From Dehalococcoidia bacterium (GTDB lineage: Bacteria; Chloroflexota; Dehalococcoidia; Lucifugimonadales; UBA3495): DNA of 64,000 nt. The first letter of the stretch is position 1. Each line of letters begins with the position of its first letter. The translations under genes were made by a program, and so were the position numbers. Under the pieces are notes generated by a model that ran no database searches, was not told the DNA's origin, and was given only the letters and a program-made list of their open reading frames with translations. Below, in pieces: positions 35,232 through 44,425 of this stretch. Where the stretch lies: the NCBI GenBank assembly GCA_963665735.1, contig OY762444.1, positions 3,787,547 through 3,851,546 of the forward strand, written 5' to 3'.

Positions 35232-38200
35232 ATGGCCATGACCTACGCTGAATTGCACTGCCATAGCTGTTTTTCTTTCCACGAGGGGGCCTCGCTCATC
35301 GGGGAATTGCTGGAACGGGCGCGGGAATTGGGCTACCCGGCGCTGGCCCTGACCGACCACGACAACCTTTGCGGGGCGATGGAGTTTGCCCAGGCGGCCC
35401 AGACCGCCGGAATCCAGCCCATAACCGGGGCGGAGGTTACGCTTACAGACGGTTCCCACCTTACCCTGCTGGCCGAGACGCGCCAAGGGTACACCAACCT
35501 TTGCAACCTGATTACCTACGCCCATATCAACCGGCGTCGGCAACCCCGGCTGGACATCGGCAGCCTGGCAAACCACGCCGAGGGGTTGATTCTGCTTACC
35601 GGGTGCCGCCGGGGTAAACTCTCCGTCCTGACGGAGGAAGGACGCGACGGGGAGGCCCAGGCGCTTTTGCGCCAGTACCAGGACTGGTTCGGTACGGGCA
35701 ACGTCTTTGTCGAGTTGCAGCAAAACCTGGTGCAGGGAGACATTGGGCGGAACCGGGGGCTGATTGACCTGGCGCGCCGGGCCGGCGTTGACGTAGTGGC
35801 GACCAACAACGCCCATTATCACCTTCCCGACCGCCGCCGGTTGCAGGACGCCCTGGTTGCCATCGGCCATAACAAGAGCCTGGAAGAGACGCAGCGGGAG
35901 CGGCGTCCCAACGGCCACTTCTACCTCAAGTCGGCGGAAGAAATGGCCTTCCTTTTCAAGAGCTGCCCCGAAGCGGTTAGCAACGTCATGCGGATAGTGG
36001 AGCGGTGCGGGTTTGACCTGGTGCGGGATTTGGATTACCGATTCCCGGACTACCCGGTTCCCGAGGGCTACACCCCGGAGAGTTACCTGTGGGAACTTTG
36101 CTGGCAGGCGGCGGAGCGGCGTTACGGCGGCGGCGTCAATGAACGGGTGCGGCGGCGGCTGGAGGAAGAGTTTGCTCTGATTCGCAAGCATAACCTGGCC
36201 GGGTTCTTCCTGATTTACTACGAAGTAATCCAGATAGCCCGGGACATAATGATTGAGATGGGTCTCAGCGACCCGGAGATACCGTTGGAGGAACGTCCGC
36301 CGGGCCGGGGCCGGGGGTCTTCGGTGGCGATGCTGATTGGCTACCTGATTGGCCTGTCGCACATTGACCCGTTGCAGTTCAACCTGTCGCTGGACCGTTT
36401 TCTGCCCAGCGAAATTGCCACCGTGCCGGACATTGACCTGGACTTTCCCCGCAACATCCGGGAGGAACTGATTGAGCGGGTGCATGACAAGTACGGCTGG
36501 GACCACGCCGCCCTGACCGGGATGATTGGGACGTACAAGATGAAGGGGGCCATCCGCGACCTGGGCAAGGCGTTGGGTCTGCCCAAGCCTGACCTGGACC
36601 AGCTAGCCAAGCGGGTGGGCGCGCGTCACGCCGGAGACCTGGGACATGAGATGCGGAGCCTGCCGGAGTTTCGCGACAAGGTGGACGCTCCCGGCTGGCG
36701 GGAACTGGTTGACCTGGCGGCCCAGTTGGATGGATTTCCCAAGTATGTGGCCCAGCACTGCGGCGGCATGATTATCGGCTCCACACCCTTGACGGATTTG
36801 GTTCCGGTGCAGCCGGGGGCGATTCCCAACCGTTACATCTGCCATTGGGACAAGGACTCGATAGACGCGGCGGGGTTCGTCAAGATTGACTTCCTGGCCC
36901 TGGGCGCGTTGTCCCAGATGCAGGAGGCGTTGCAGCTTATCGAGGAACGCACCGGCGAGCATATTGACCTGAGCCGCATTGACCACGAAGACCAGTATGT
37001 TTATCGAAAGCTGCATGAGGCGGACACGGTGGGAATCTTCCAGGTGGAATCGGCGGCGCAGATGCAGACCATTACCCGAATCAAGCCCAAAAACTTGACG
37101 GAAATGGCCTATGAGGTGGCCTCGGTGCGGCCCGGCGTGGGGGCCAACAACGGGGTTAACCAGTTCATTCAACGCCACGTTTATGGGGAACCCTGGGCCT
37201 TTGAGCATCCATTGGAAGAGCGTTCTCTGGCGCGGACTTACGGGGTCATCCTGTTCCAGGACCAGGTTAACCAACTGGCGATGGACGTGGCCGGGTTCAG
37301 CGCGGTGGAGGCGGACAAGCTGCGGCGGGCCTTCGTCTTCCGGCGGGACCGGTCGCTGCTCAACCTGCACTGGGACCGCTTTCGCGACGGGGCCGCCGCC
37401 AACGGGGTGCCGGAGGAGACGGCGGAACGAATCTTCAAGAAGTTCAACGGCCAGTATATGTTCCCGGAGTCCCATGCCTTTGCCTTTGGCGTGACCGCCT
37501 ATCAAATGGCATGGCTGAAGTATCGGTATCCGCTGGAGTTCTTCGTGGCAATCTTCAACCAGCAGCCGATGGGGTTTTACAACCTGGAAACGCTGAAAGA
37601 GGACGCTAAACTCTGGGGCATTGCGGTGTTGAATCCCGACATCAACGCCAGCGATGAGCTATGCCGAATCAAGGATGAGTCCCTGCTGCTGGGGTTCCTG
37701 AACGTGAGGGACGTGGGCCGGGCGGGAGCGGCGGCTATTGTAGCGGCGCGGCGGATGGGAGGCCCCTTCACCAGCCTGGCGGACGTTATTGAGCGGGCCG
37801 GCCTGCGGCGGGAGGCCCTGGAAAAGCTGGCTGTCGGCGGGGCTTTCGACGCTCTGACCCCGGATAGAAGGACGGCCCTTTGGGAGATTGGCCTGCGTTA
37901 CCGCCCCGGGGGAAACCAGCGGCCCCTTTCGCTGCCGGTGGCGCAGGACATGGCCCAACTGCCCATGTTCAGCGAGTGGGAGACGATGACCGGGGAGTAT
38001 TATACCCTGGGGCTGTACCCTGGTGGGCATCTGATGGGCTTTCTAAGGCAGTACCTTCCGCCCCACGTGCTCAACAGCGAGCAGGTCTTGGCGTTTGACG
38101 AGGGCGACGAGGTGACGGTGGCCGGTCTGGTGGTGCGGCGGCAGCAGCCCCACGCCAAGGCGGTGTTCATCACCCTGGAGGATGAGTGGGGCCACGTTTC

Positions 38201-38375
38201 GCTGGTGGTGTGGCCGTCGGTTTATGAGCAGTACCGGCTGGTGTTGAGGGAGCCGGTGCTGATAATGCGGGGGGAGGTGTCGCGCCGGGATGATATGTTC
38301 AACATAATCGTCAAGCAGGTGGAGAGGGTGCCCGTTCTCCGGCGCAACGTACCGCAGTCGAAGGACTGGCAGTAA
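35232..38375 (+). CDS. dnaE2: error-prone DNA polymerase III alpha-subunit paralog
   Basis: ORF 35079..38375 trimmed to ATG 35232, because the upstream part is repeat-derived. YAELHCHSCFSFHEGAS PHP domain. About 1047 aa and adjacent to imuB. Confidence 0.9.
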   Translation: MAMTYAELHCHSCFSFHEGASLIGELLERARELGYPALALTDHDNLCGAMEFAQAAQTAGIQPITGAEVTLTDGSHLTLLAETRQGYTNLCNLITYAHINRRRQPRLDIGSLANHAEGLILLTGCRRGKLSVLTEEGRDGEAQALLRQYQDWFGTGNVFVELQQNLVQGDIGRNRGLIDLARRAGVDVVATNNAHYHLPDRRRLQDALVAIGHNKSLEETQRERRPNGHFYLKSAEEMAFLFKSCPEAVSNVMRIVERCGFDLVRDLDYRFPDYPVPEGYTPESYLWELCWQAAERRYGGGVNERVRRRLEEEFALIRKHNLAGFFLIYYEVIQIARDIMIEMGLSDPEIPLEERPPGRGRGSSVAMLIGYLIGLSHIDPLQFNLSLDRFLPSEIATVPDIDLDFPRNIREELIERVHDKYGWDHAALTGMIGTYKMKGAIRDLGKALGLPKPDLDQLAKRVGARHAGDLGHEMRSLPEFRDKVDAPGWRELVDLAAQLDGFPKYVAQHCGGMIIGSTPLTDLVPVQPGAIPNRYICHWDKDSIDAAGFVKIDFLALGALSQMQEALQLIEERTGEHIDLSRIDHEDQYVYRKLHEADTVGIFQVESAAQMQTITRIKPKNLTEMAYEVASVRPGVGANNGVNQFIQRHVYGEPWAFEHPLEERSLARTYGVILFQDQVNQLAMDVAGFSAVEADKLRRAFVFRRDRSLLNLHWDRFRDGAAANGVPEETAERIFKKFNGQYMFPESHAFAFGVTAYQMAWLKYRYPLEFFVAIFNQQPMGFYNLETLKEDAKLWGIAVLNPDINASDELCRIKDESLLLGFLNVRDVGRAGAAAIVAARRMGGPFTSLADVIERAGLRREALEKLAVGGAFDALTPDRRTALWEIGLRYRPGGNQRPLSLPVAQDMAQLPMFSEWETMTGEYYTLGLYPGGHLMGFLRQYLPPHVLNSEQVLAFDEGDEVTVAGLVVRRQQPHAKAVFITLEDEWGHVSLVVWPSVYEQYRLVLREPVLIMRGEVSRRDDMFNIIVKQVERVPVLRRNVPQSKDWQ

Positions 38376-38452
38376 GCCGGGGTTCCCAGTAGTCTTTCCG
38401 GGGAATGGAAACGTCTAAATCCCCGGTTTTCCCAACCGGGTTTCCATGCAAT

Positions 38453-38851
38453 TTAGGCGGTTACCCGGTCGAGTTTATCCAACTCTTGCAGCAACGTCTT
38501 GTCCGGGAGGGTTTTGCTGGTTGGGTAGGGCTTCCGCCAGTTGTTGCGGTCTATCTCGCCGGAGCAATGGGCGGAGCCGTCCGGCTTCAACGTAATAAGA
38601 ATCCCGTCGGGCTGCTTACCCCGAATGTCTATGGCGATTGTACCGTCGGGCATTAGATAGGGGGCGTAGTCCCTTGGCTTTTTCTGATACAGGTCATGCA
38701 GGATTCGGCGGGCTTCGCTGACCAGCTTGCCGGATGGAGCCGGAATGCCGAACTCATGCGCCGCGGTGGGCAGTTCGGCCAGACTTTCGAGAGCGTCGGC
38801 CAGTTGGGGCGAAGGAGATTCCGGCGTCATTTCGGTTCGTTTCCCATTCAT
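38453..38851 (-). CDS. hypothetical protein (132 aa)
   Basis: Protein-like composition (DGTIAIDIRGKQPDGILITLKPDGSAHC), but no clear RBS and no family I recognise. Confidence 0.4.
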   Translation of the reverse strand: MNGKRTEMTPESPSPQLADALESLAELPTAAHEFGIPAPSGKLVSEARRILHDLYQKKPRDYAPYLMPDGTIAIDIRGKQPDGILITLKPDGSAHCSGEIDRNNWRKPYPTSKTLPDKTLLQELDKLDRVTA

Positions 38852-38901
38852 TGACGTGGTACGGAGCAGGCTTTTCGCTGGAGTGATTTTTCACCCAGAG
38901 G

Positions 38902-38930
38902 GTAGGGGCAGGTTTCAAACCTGCCCCTAC
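38902..38930 (+). repeat. C-type hairpin repeat (variant stem)
   Basis: GTAGGGGCAGGTTtcaAACCTGCCCCTAC. Confidence 0.85.
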
Positions 38931-38984
38931 GGTTTAGGCGGGGAGTTTTCGGAGATGGCAACGGGCTTGGCGGTCAGGATTTCT

Positions 38985-39010
38985 GGATTCCGGCTTTCGC
39001 CGGAATGACG
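38985..39010 (+). repeat. A-type hairpin repeat
   Basis: GGATTCCGGCTTTCGCCGGAATGACG. Confidence 0.9.
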
Positions 39011-39066
39011 ATATATCCCTCGCCAGTCATACGTTCAATTGAGTTGCCCTACTCACGTCGGCCCGG

Positions 39067-39972
39067 TTACATCATGCGGCGGATTATGCCTTGGGCTTGT
39101 TCTTCGGTCAGGCCGAGGGGGCTGCGGGCTACGGGGCCGTCGTCGAGGACGGGTTCGCGGGCGTCCAGGCTTTCCTGGGAGCCTACCTGGAGGAAGAGGC
39201 CGGTGTAGATGGTGTCGCCCCAAAGCATGGCCTTTTCGCAGGCGGTCTTCCAGTCGGTAGGGTCGTGGCCCTCGTCTTCCAGCTTGGTCACGCGGTCTTT
39301 GAAGAAGGGATGGCCGTTGTCGTGGTTGAAGGTGACGCAGGGGCTGAAAACGTCAATGAGGGCAAAGCCGCGGTGCTGGATGCCGCCCTTGATGAGTTCG
39401 GTCAGGTGGCGGATGTCGCCGCTGTAGCCGCGGGCAACGTAGGTGGCGCCGTTCATAATGGCGGAAGTGATGGGGTTGATGGGCATTTCGACGCTGCCGA
39501 AGGGGGTGCTCTTGGTCTTCATGCCGTCGCGGCTGGTGGGGGAAATCTGGCCGGTGGTGAGGCCGTAAATCTGGTTGTTCATCACCACGTAGGTCAAGTC
39601 AACATTGCGGCGGGCGGTGTGAGTGAAGTGGTTGCCGCCGATGCCGTAACCGTCGCCGTCGCCGCCAGTGGCGATGACGTGGAGGCGGTGATTGGCCATT
39701 TTGGCGCCGGTGGCTACGGCCAGGGCGCGCCCGTGAAGGGTGTGCATACCGTAGGCGTTGATGTAGCCTGGGAGGTTGGATGAGCAACCGATGCCGCTGA
39801 CGACCAGGATTTCGTGGGGGCGGAGGCCGAGTTCGGCGCAGGAACGCTGCAAGCTGTTGAGGACGCCGAAGTCGCCGCAACCGGGGCACCAGTCGGGGTC
39901 AACCTTGCCTTTGAAGTCCCGGGCCGTCAGGGGTGCCGGGGTCTGTTGTCCGGCTGCCGTTGTGGTGGTCAT
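39067..39972 (-). CDS. korB: 2-oxoacid:ferredoxin oxidoreductase beta subunit
   Basis: WCPGCGDFG and the TPP-binding GGDGDGYGIGGNH motif. Confidence 0.9.
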   Translation of the reverse strand: MTTTTAAGQQTPAPLTARDFKGKVDPDWCPGCGDFGVLNSLQRSCAELGLRPHEILVVSGIGCSSNLPGYINAYGMHTLHGRALAVATGAKMANHRLHVIATGGDGDGYGIGGNHFTHTARRNVDLTYVVMNNQIYGLTTGQISPTSRDGMKTKSTPFGSVEMPINPITSAIMNGATYVARGYSGDIRHLTELIKGGIQHRGFALIDVFSPCVTFNHDNGHPFFKDRVTKLEDEGHDPTDWKTACEKAMLWGDTIYTGLFLQVGSQESLDAREPVLDDGPVARSPLGLTEEQAQGIIRRMM

Positions 39973-39995
39973 GCAATCACCTCGTTTAGACCGTG

Positions 39996-41774
39996 TTAGA
40001 CGATGACTTCCTGGTAGGGAACGTAAATTTCGGTTTTGTCCGCCAATTGCTCCATGACCCCGTTGACGATGTGGTGGGGCATAAAGGGTTCTCCGTCGTA
40101 CTTGCGGATGTGACCGTCAGCGGCGAAACCGCTTTCGCTGCGGAGGTAGCGGGCGAACTGGCCGGAATAGTTGTTTTCGACGATGATGGTGCGCTTGGTG
40201 CCGGAAAGGGTTTCGGCGATGGCGTCGCCGTTGAGGGGTATGAGCCACTTGACGGGCAACTGGTTGGCGGTGACGCCCTTATCGGCCAGTTGTTCGATGG
40301 CTTCCTTAATAACGCCGTAGGTGGAACCCCAGCCGATAAGGGTGACGTCGGCGTCGGCGGGGCCTTCCAGTTGGGGCGGGGCGACGGCCTTGGCGACGTG
40401 GAGGAACTTGCGGGCGCGCTTTTCGACCATCTGGCGGCGCTTGTGGGGGTGGGTAAATTCGTCGCTGATAAGGACGCCGTCCTCGTCGTGTTCGTCGGTG
40501 GCGGCGACGTGGACGTAGCCTTCGGTGCCGGGGACGGCGCGGGGGGATATGCCGGTTTCGGTGTCCAGGTAGCGCTGGTAGCCGTTGGCGGCGCTATGCT
40601 CGGTGATTAGCTGTCCCCGGTCAATGGGGGGGTGCATATCCACGTCGTCGGGGTCGAAGGAAAAGCGGCCTTCGGAAATGAGCAGGTCGGAAATGACGAT
40701 GCCGGGACACTGGCCTTCGTCCACCAGGTTGAAGAGTTCGGGGATGGTGTTGTAAGCGTCGAGGGCGTCCTTGGGGGCAACGACGAAACGCTCGAAGTCG
40801 CCCTGGCTGGCGCCGAGGGCCTGCCAGAGGTCGCCCTGCTCGGTCTTGGTGGGTACGCCGGTGGAGGGGCCGGCGCGTTGGACGTTGACGAAAACGGCGG
40901 GAATTTCCATCATGCCGGCGCTGCCGACGGCTTCGGTCATCAGGGCGAAACCGCCGCCGGAGGTGCCGCACATGGCGCGGGTTCCGGTGGCGGCGGCGCC
41001 GATGACCATGTTGGCGACGCCGATTTCATCTTCAACCTGGCGAACCATGATTCCCAACTGCCGGGCGTTGAGGGCCATCCAGTGGAGGATGCCGCTGGAG
41101 GGACTCATGGGGTAGGCGGCGTAGAACTTGACTCCGGCGGCGGCGGCGCCCATAGCAATGGCGTCGTTGCCGGCCCAGACGCCGAGGGGCTTGGCGGGTT
41201 CGGGCAAGGATTCGGCGAAAGGCTCAAAGTTGTCCTGGGCGTAGTCGAAACCGGCGCGGGCGACGTTGACGTTTTCGGTCATAATGGCCTCGCCCTGGCG
41301 CTGGAAACGGAGGCGGAGGCTGTCTTCAAGCACCTGGAAGTCCAGGCCCATGAGGGAGGCGACGACGCCGACGGCGACGGTGTTCTGCACCAAGCGGTTG
41401 CGGCTCTGGGTGAGTTCGGCGACGGGGATGGGGCAAAGGTGGGCGCCGGGGTTGACCTCTCCGGGGGTGATGGAGTCGGCGTTGAACACCACGCGGCTAC
41501 CGTCGCCCATGAGGTTGAGGTGGCGGTTCATGGTGTCCTGGTTGAGGCAGAGGAGGAGGTCGAGTTGGTCGCCGTGGGTGTAGATGGGTTCGTCGCTGAT
41601 GCGGACGGTCAGGAAGATATGTCCGCCGCGGATGATGGACTGGTAGGCGTTGTAGGTGTTGAGGTGGAGGCCCCGCCGGACGAAGATGCGGGCGAGGATG
41701 TCGCCGGGGGTGGCGATACCCTGTCCGGCTTCACCACCGATACCGATAGCCAGATCGTACTTGGCTGGACCCAT
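39996..41774 (-). CDS. korA: 2-oxoacid:ferredoxin oxidoreductase alpha subunit (fused gamma-alpha type)
   Basis: 592 aa. IGGEAGQGI gamma-domain start followed by an alpha domain (AAYPMSPSS). Confidence 0.9.
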   Translation of the reverse strand: MGPAKYDLAIGIGGEAGQGIATPGDILARIFVRRGLHLNTYNAYQSIIRGGHIFLTVRISDEPIYTHGDQLDLLLCLNQDTMNRHLNLMGDGSRVVFNADSITPGEVNPGAHLCPIPVAELTQSRNRLVQNTVAVGVVASLMGLDFQVLEDSLRLRFQRQGEAIMTENVNVARAGFDYAQDNFEPFAESLPEPAKPLGVWAGNDAIAMGAAAAGVKFYAAYPMSPSSGILHWMALNARQLGIMVRQVEDEIGVANMVIGAAATGTRAMCGTSGGGFALMTEAVGSAGMMEIPAVFVNVQRAGPSTGVPTKTEQGDLWQALGASQGDFERFVVAPKDALDAYNTIPELFNLVDEGQCPGIVISDLLISEGRFSFDPDDVDMHPPIDRGQLITEHSAANGYQRYLDTETGISPRAVPGTEGYVHVAATDEHDEDGVLISDEFTHPHKRRQMVEKRARKFLHVAKAVAPPQLEGPADADVTLIGWGSTYGVIKEAIEQLADKGVTANQLPVKWLIPLNGDAIAETLSGTKRTIIVENNYSGQFARYLRSESGFAADGHIRKYDGEPFMPHHIVNGVMEQLADKTEIYVPYQEVIV

Positions 41775-41944
41775 TGTTTGCTCCTGGAGAAGGTTTGGCT
41801 GTTAATGCTCAATACTACTACTCCCGGAAAGTTAGCACAAGGTTATATGGCGGCAAAGGGCGGGGAATGGGAAGTTGGGGCTGGCCCCCGGACTTGGGCG
41901 GGCGGAAGGCGTCGCGCCTACCGGGGGGCGCACCCCCTCCCCAA

Positions 41945-41968
41945 CCCTCCCCCTGAGTAGGGGGCGGG
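41945..41968 (+). repeat. B-type hairpin repeat
   Basis: CCCTCCCCC tgagta GGGGGCGGG followed by GGTTTTGAG. Confidence 0.85.
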
Positions 41969-42029
41969 GGTTTTGAGTTTCGCGGCGACGGTTTCGCCAA
42001 GGCGAAGGTCGGCTTTGGCTGGGATTTCT

Positions 42030-42056
42030 GGATTCCGGCTTTCGCCGGAATGACGG
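42030..42056 (+). repeat. A-type hairpin repeat
   Basis: GGATTCCGGCTTTCGCCGGAATGACGG. Confidence 0.9.
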
Positions 42057-42082
42057 GTTGGGGGCAAGGTTGTTATGAAGAT

Positions 42083-42102
42083 GGCAACCACAAGGGTTGC
42101 CC
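42083..42102 (+). repeat. C-type hairpin repeat
   Basis: GGCAACCacaagGGTTGCC(CC). Confidence 0.85.
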
Positions 42103-42249
42103 CTACATGGTGGCGTTCCTTCGTGAGCGGAGGGGGTTGGCTGGAAAAAGGTTGGTTGCGGGGGTGATGGCGCGGTTCAATTGGGGGCGGGCGCTGGTAT
42201 AATGGGGTTAGCTTGGCCCGGGTATGGGCCATTGGTTCCGAGGTATGGG

Positions 42250-42852
42250 ATGCCCCGCAATTTCTGGATGGTTGTCTGCAACCGGGAAAATTACGAAATC
42301 ACCAAGGGCCTGAATTTTACGGTTCAGGGCTTGAAGGCGGAACACCGGCGCAAGGTGCAGCGGGTGGAGGCGGGAGACCGTTTGCTGTATTACGTTTCGG
42401 GTATCCGGCGTTTTGCGGCCACGGCTACGTTGACTTCGACCTACCGGGAGGAAGAGACGGAGGTTTGGAAGAAGGAGGGTAGCGTCAATTGGCTGTACCG
42501 GATTGACATAACTCCGGAGGTAGTGCTGGAAGAGGATGAGTATATCCAGGCGGGGCTGCTGGCGCACCGGCTGGACTATATTCGGCGGTGGCCGCCGGAG
42601 AACTGGTACATGGCTTTCCAGGGGAACTTGCATCTGCTTCCCAAGAACGATTTTTTCCTCATCGAAGAGGAAATGAAGAAGTTGAAGTATGGGCCGGATT
42701 ACACTCCGCCGGAGGAGCCGGCGCCGGAGAAGGTGAAGGCGCGGCCCCGGCGACACCGGGGCGGCGGTGCCCGGAAGGGGCCGGCGGGCCGGGAGGACGG
42801 CGGCGGGCCGGAGCGTCCGCAAGCGGCGGCTTCCAGCCGGCGAGAAGGATGA
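42250..42852 (+). CDS. EVE (PUA-like) domain protein with a basic, disordered C-terminal tail
   Basis: ORF 42181..42852 trimmed to ATG 42250. NFWMVVCNRENYEI...VEAGDRLLYYVSG...WLYRIDI is an EVE-like pattern. The tail is rich in R/G/P. Confidence 0.6.
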   Translation: MPRNFWMVVCNRENYEITKGLNFTVQGLKAEHRRKVQRVEAGDRLLYYVSGIRRFAATATLTSTYREEETEVWKKEGSVNWLYRIDITPEVVLEEDEYIQAGLLAHRLDYIRRWPPENWYMAFQGNLHLLPKNDFFLIEEEMKKLKYGPDYTPPEEPAPEKVKARPRRHRGGGARKGPAGREDGGGPERPQAAASSRREG

Positions 42853-42880
42853 TGGTTTGGGATTTTGACCCCCTCCCTAA

Positions 42881-42911
42881 CCCTCCCCCTACCAGGGGGA
42901 GGGAGTTTTTT
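42881..42911 (+). terminator. B-type hairpin plus T-run; candidate intrinsic terminator for the EVE gene
   Basis: CCCTCCCCC tacca GGGGGAGGG AG TTTTTT, 29 nt after the stop codon. The queG stop codon (minus strand) lies in the loop. Confidence 0.4.
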
Positions 42912-44184
42912 CTGGAGGGTTTTCAGTCCCGCGCTGGCCTTCGGTCTTGCGGGGATGTGGATTCCCGCTTTCGCGGGAATGACGGGTTGAATGGCTACGG
43001 GAAGGGGCTTTTTTGACGCCTGCTTTTACTTCTGCGGCGGCGGTTAGGGCGGCGCGGATTTCTTGTTGGACTTGGGGTTCTTGTTCGTGAGAGGCGGCTT
43101 GTTGGAGGGCGGCGGTGGCATCGGTTCCGCCGATTTGGCCCAAGGCCCAGGCGGCATGGCTTCTGACCAGGGGTTCGGCGTGTAACAGGGCTTCGCTCAG
43201 GGCGGGAATAGCTATGGGGTCTTGGCGGTTGCCGATGGCTACGCAGGCGTTGCGCTGCATTCCGACGCGCTTGGCCCGCATGATGGGGGTGCCGCGAAAC
43301 CTGTCCAGAAACCCGGCGTCGGAGAGTTGCAACAGGGTTATCAAGTCCACCGTTGCTAGTTCCTGACGGCCCAAGTCGGTGTTGGCAGTGGGCTTGGCTT
43401 TGCGGTTGACCGGGCAAACTTCCTGGCAAATGTCGCATCCGAAAACCCAGTCTCCCATCAGGGGGCGCAGTTCCGGGGGAATGGGGCCGCGGTTTTCGAT
43501 GGTCAGGTGGGAAATGCAGCGGGAGTTGTCAATGACGTAGGGGGCGACGATGGCGCCGGTGGGACAGGCGGGGATGCAGCGGGCGCAGTTGCCGCAGGTC
43601 TTGTTCAGGGGCGGGTCGGGAGGAATCGCCAGGTTGGTGATGACCTGGCCGAGGAATACCCAGGAACCGAGTTGGGGGGTGAGGATGTTGGAGTTCTTGC
43701 CGAACCAGCCGAGGCCGGCGCGGTTGGCGGCGGCGCGGTCGAGCATGGGGCCGTCGTCCACGTACCAGCGGGCGGCGATTTCCTGACCCGTATATCCGTC
43801 CGTGGCGGCGCAGTTTTCCCGCAGGACGGCGACGTACTTTTTCATGCGGGACTTGATTAGTCGGTGGTAGTCACGGCCCCGGGCGTAGCGGGCGATTTTC
43901 CCAGTGGGTTCGTCCCCGGCGGGGGGCGGGTCTTCTCCGGGGTAGTAGTTGAGGCCGAGGCAGATGACGGAACGGGCGCCGGGCAGCAATTCCTGGGGTT
44001 GGCTGCCCCGGATGACTCGCTGTGGGGTGTACCAGGGAAGGCCGTCCATTTGGCCGGACTGGATGCGCTCCAAGGCGGCCTGGCGGTCGGCGGTAAATTC
44101 CTGGGCGGTGGTTACGCGCACCAGGTCGAACCCCATTTCCAAGGCCAGGGACTTGACGGTTTCTTTCAGGTCGGGGTGTGGCAT
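42889..44184 (-). CDS. queG: epoxyqueuosine reductase
   Basis: GWFGKNSNILTP, two 4Fe-4S Cys clusters (CGNCARCIPACPTGA, CDICQEVCP) and a HEAT-like C-terminus. The last roughly 45 codons run through A- and B-type repeats. Confidence 0.9.
   Translation of the reverse strand: MPHPDLKETVKSLALEMGFDLVRVTTAQEFTADRQAALERIQSGQMDGLPWYTPQRVIRGSQPQELLPGARSVICLGLNYYPGEDPPPAGDEPTGKIARYARGRDYHRLIKSRMKKYVAVLRENCAATDGYTGQEIAARWYVDDGPMLDRAAANRAGLGWFGKNSNILTPQLGSWVFLGQVITNLAIPPDPPLNKTCGNCARCIPACPTGAIVAPYVIDNSRCISHLTIENRGPIPPELRPLMGDWVFGCDICQEVCPVNRKAKPTANTDLGRQELATVDLITLLQLSDAGFLDRFRGTPIMRAKRVGMQRNACVAIGNRQDPIAIPALSEALLHAEPLVRSHAAWALGQIGGTDATAALQQAASHEQEPQVQQEIRAALTAAAEVKAGVKKAPSRSHSTRHSRESGNPHPRKTEGQRGTENPPEKTPSPW
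42959..42985 (+). repeat. A-type hairpin (CCCGC/GCGGG stem variant), inside the queG 3' end
   Basis: GGATTCCCGCTTTCGCGGGAATGACGG. Confidence 0.9.
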
Positions 44185-44311
44185 GGGCTTATTGTATATC
44201 TAAACGGGGTTTTTGTTTCCGCCCTCTTTTCGTCTTCAATGTCTCCACGAAGGGAACGGCATACCGCGCTCCTATAAGGCAAGGCCAACGTCGGTATCGG
44301 CAAGGATTTCT

Positions 44312-44362
44312 GGATTCCGGCTCCTTCGGCTATGCTCAGGACAGGTTTCGCCGGAATGACGG
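44312..44362 (+). repeat. A-type hairpin with a 24-nt loop insertion
   Basis: GGATTCCGGC[tccttcggctatgctcaggacaggtttc]GCCGGAATGACGG. Confidence 0.85.
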
Positions 44363-44425
44363 GTTGGGAGCGTCGGAAGGATTTTTCACTCCAGGGGAAG
44401 GGATTGTGGGCATGGTTGTGGTTGG

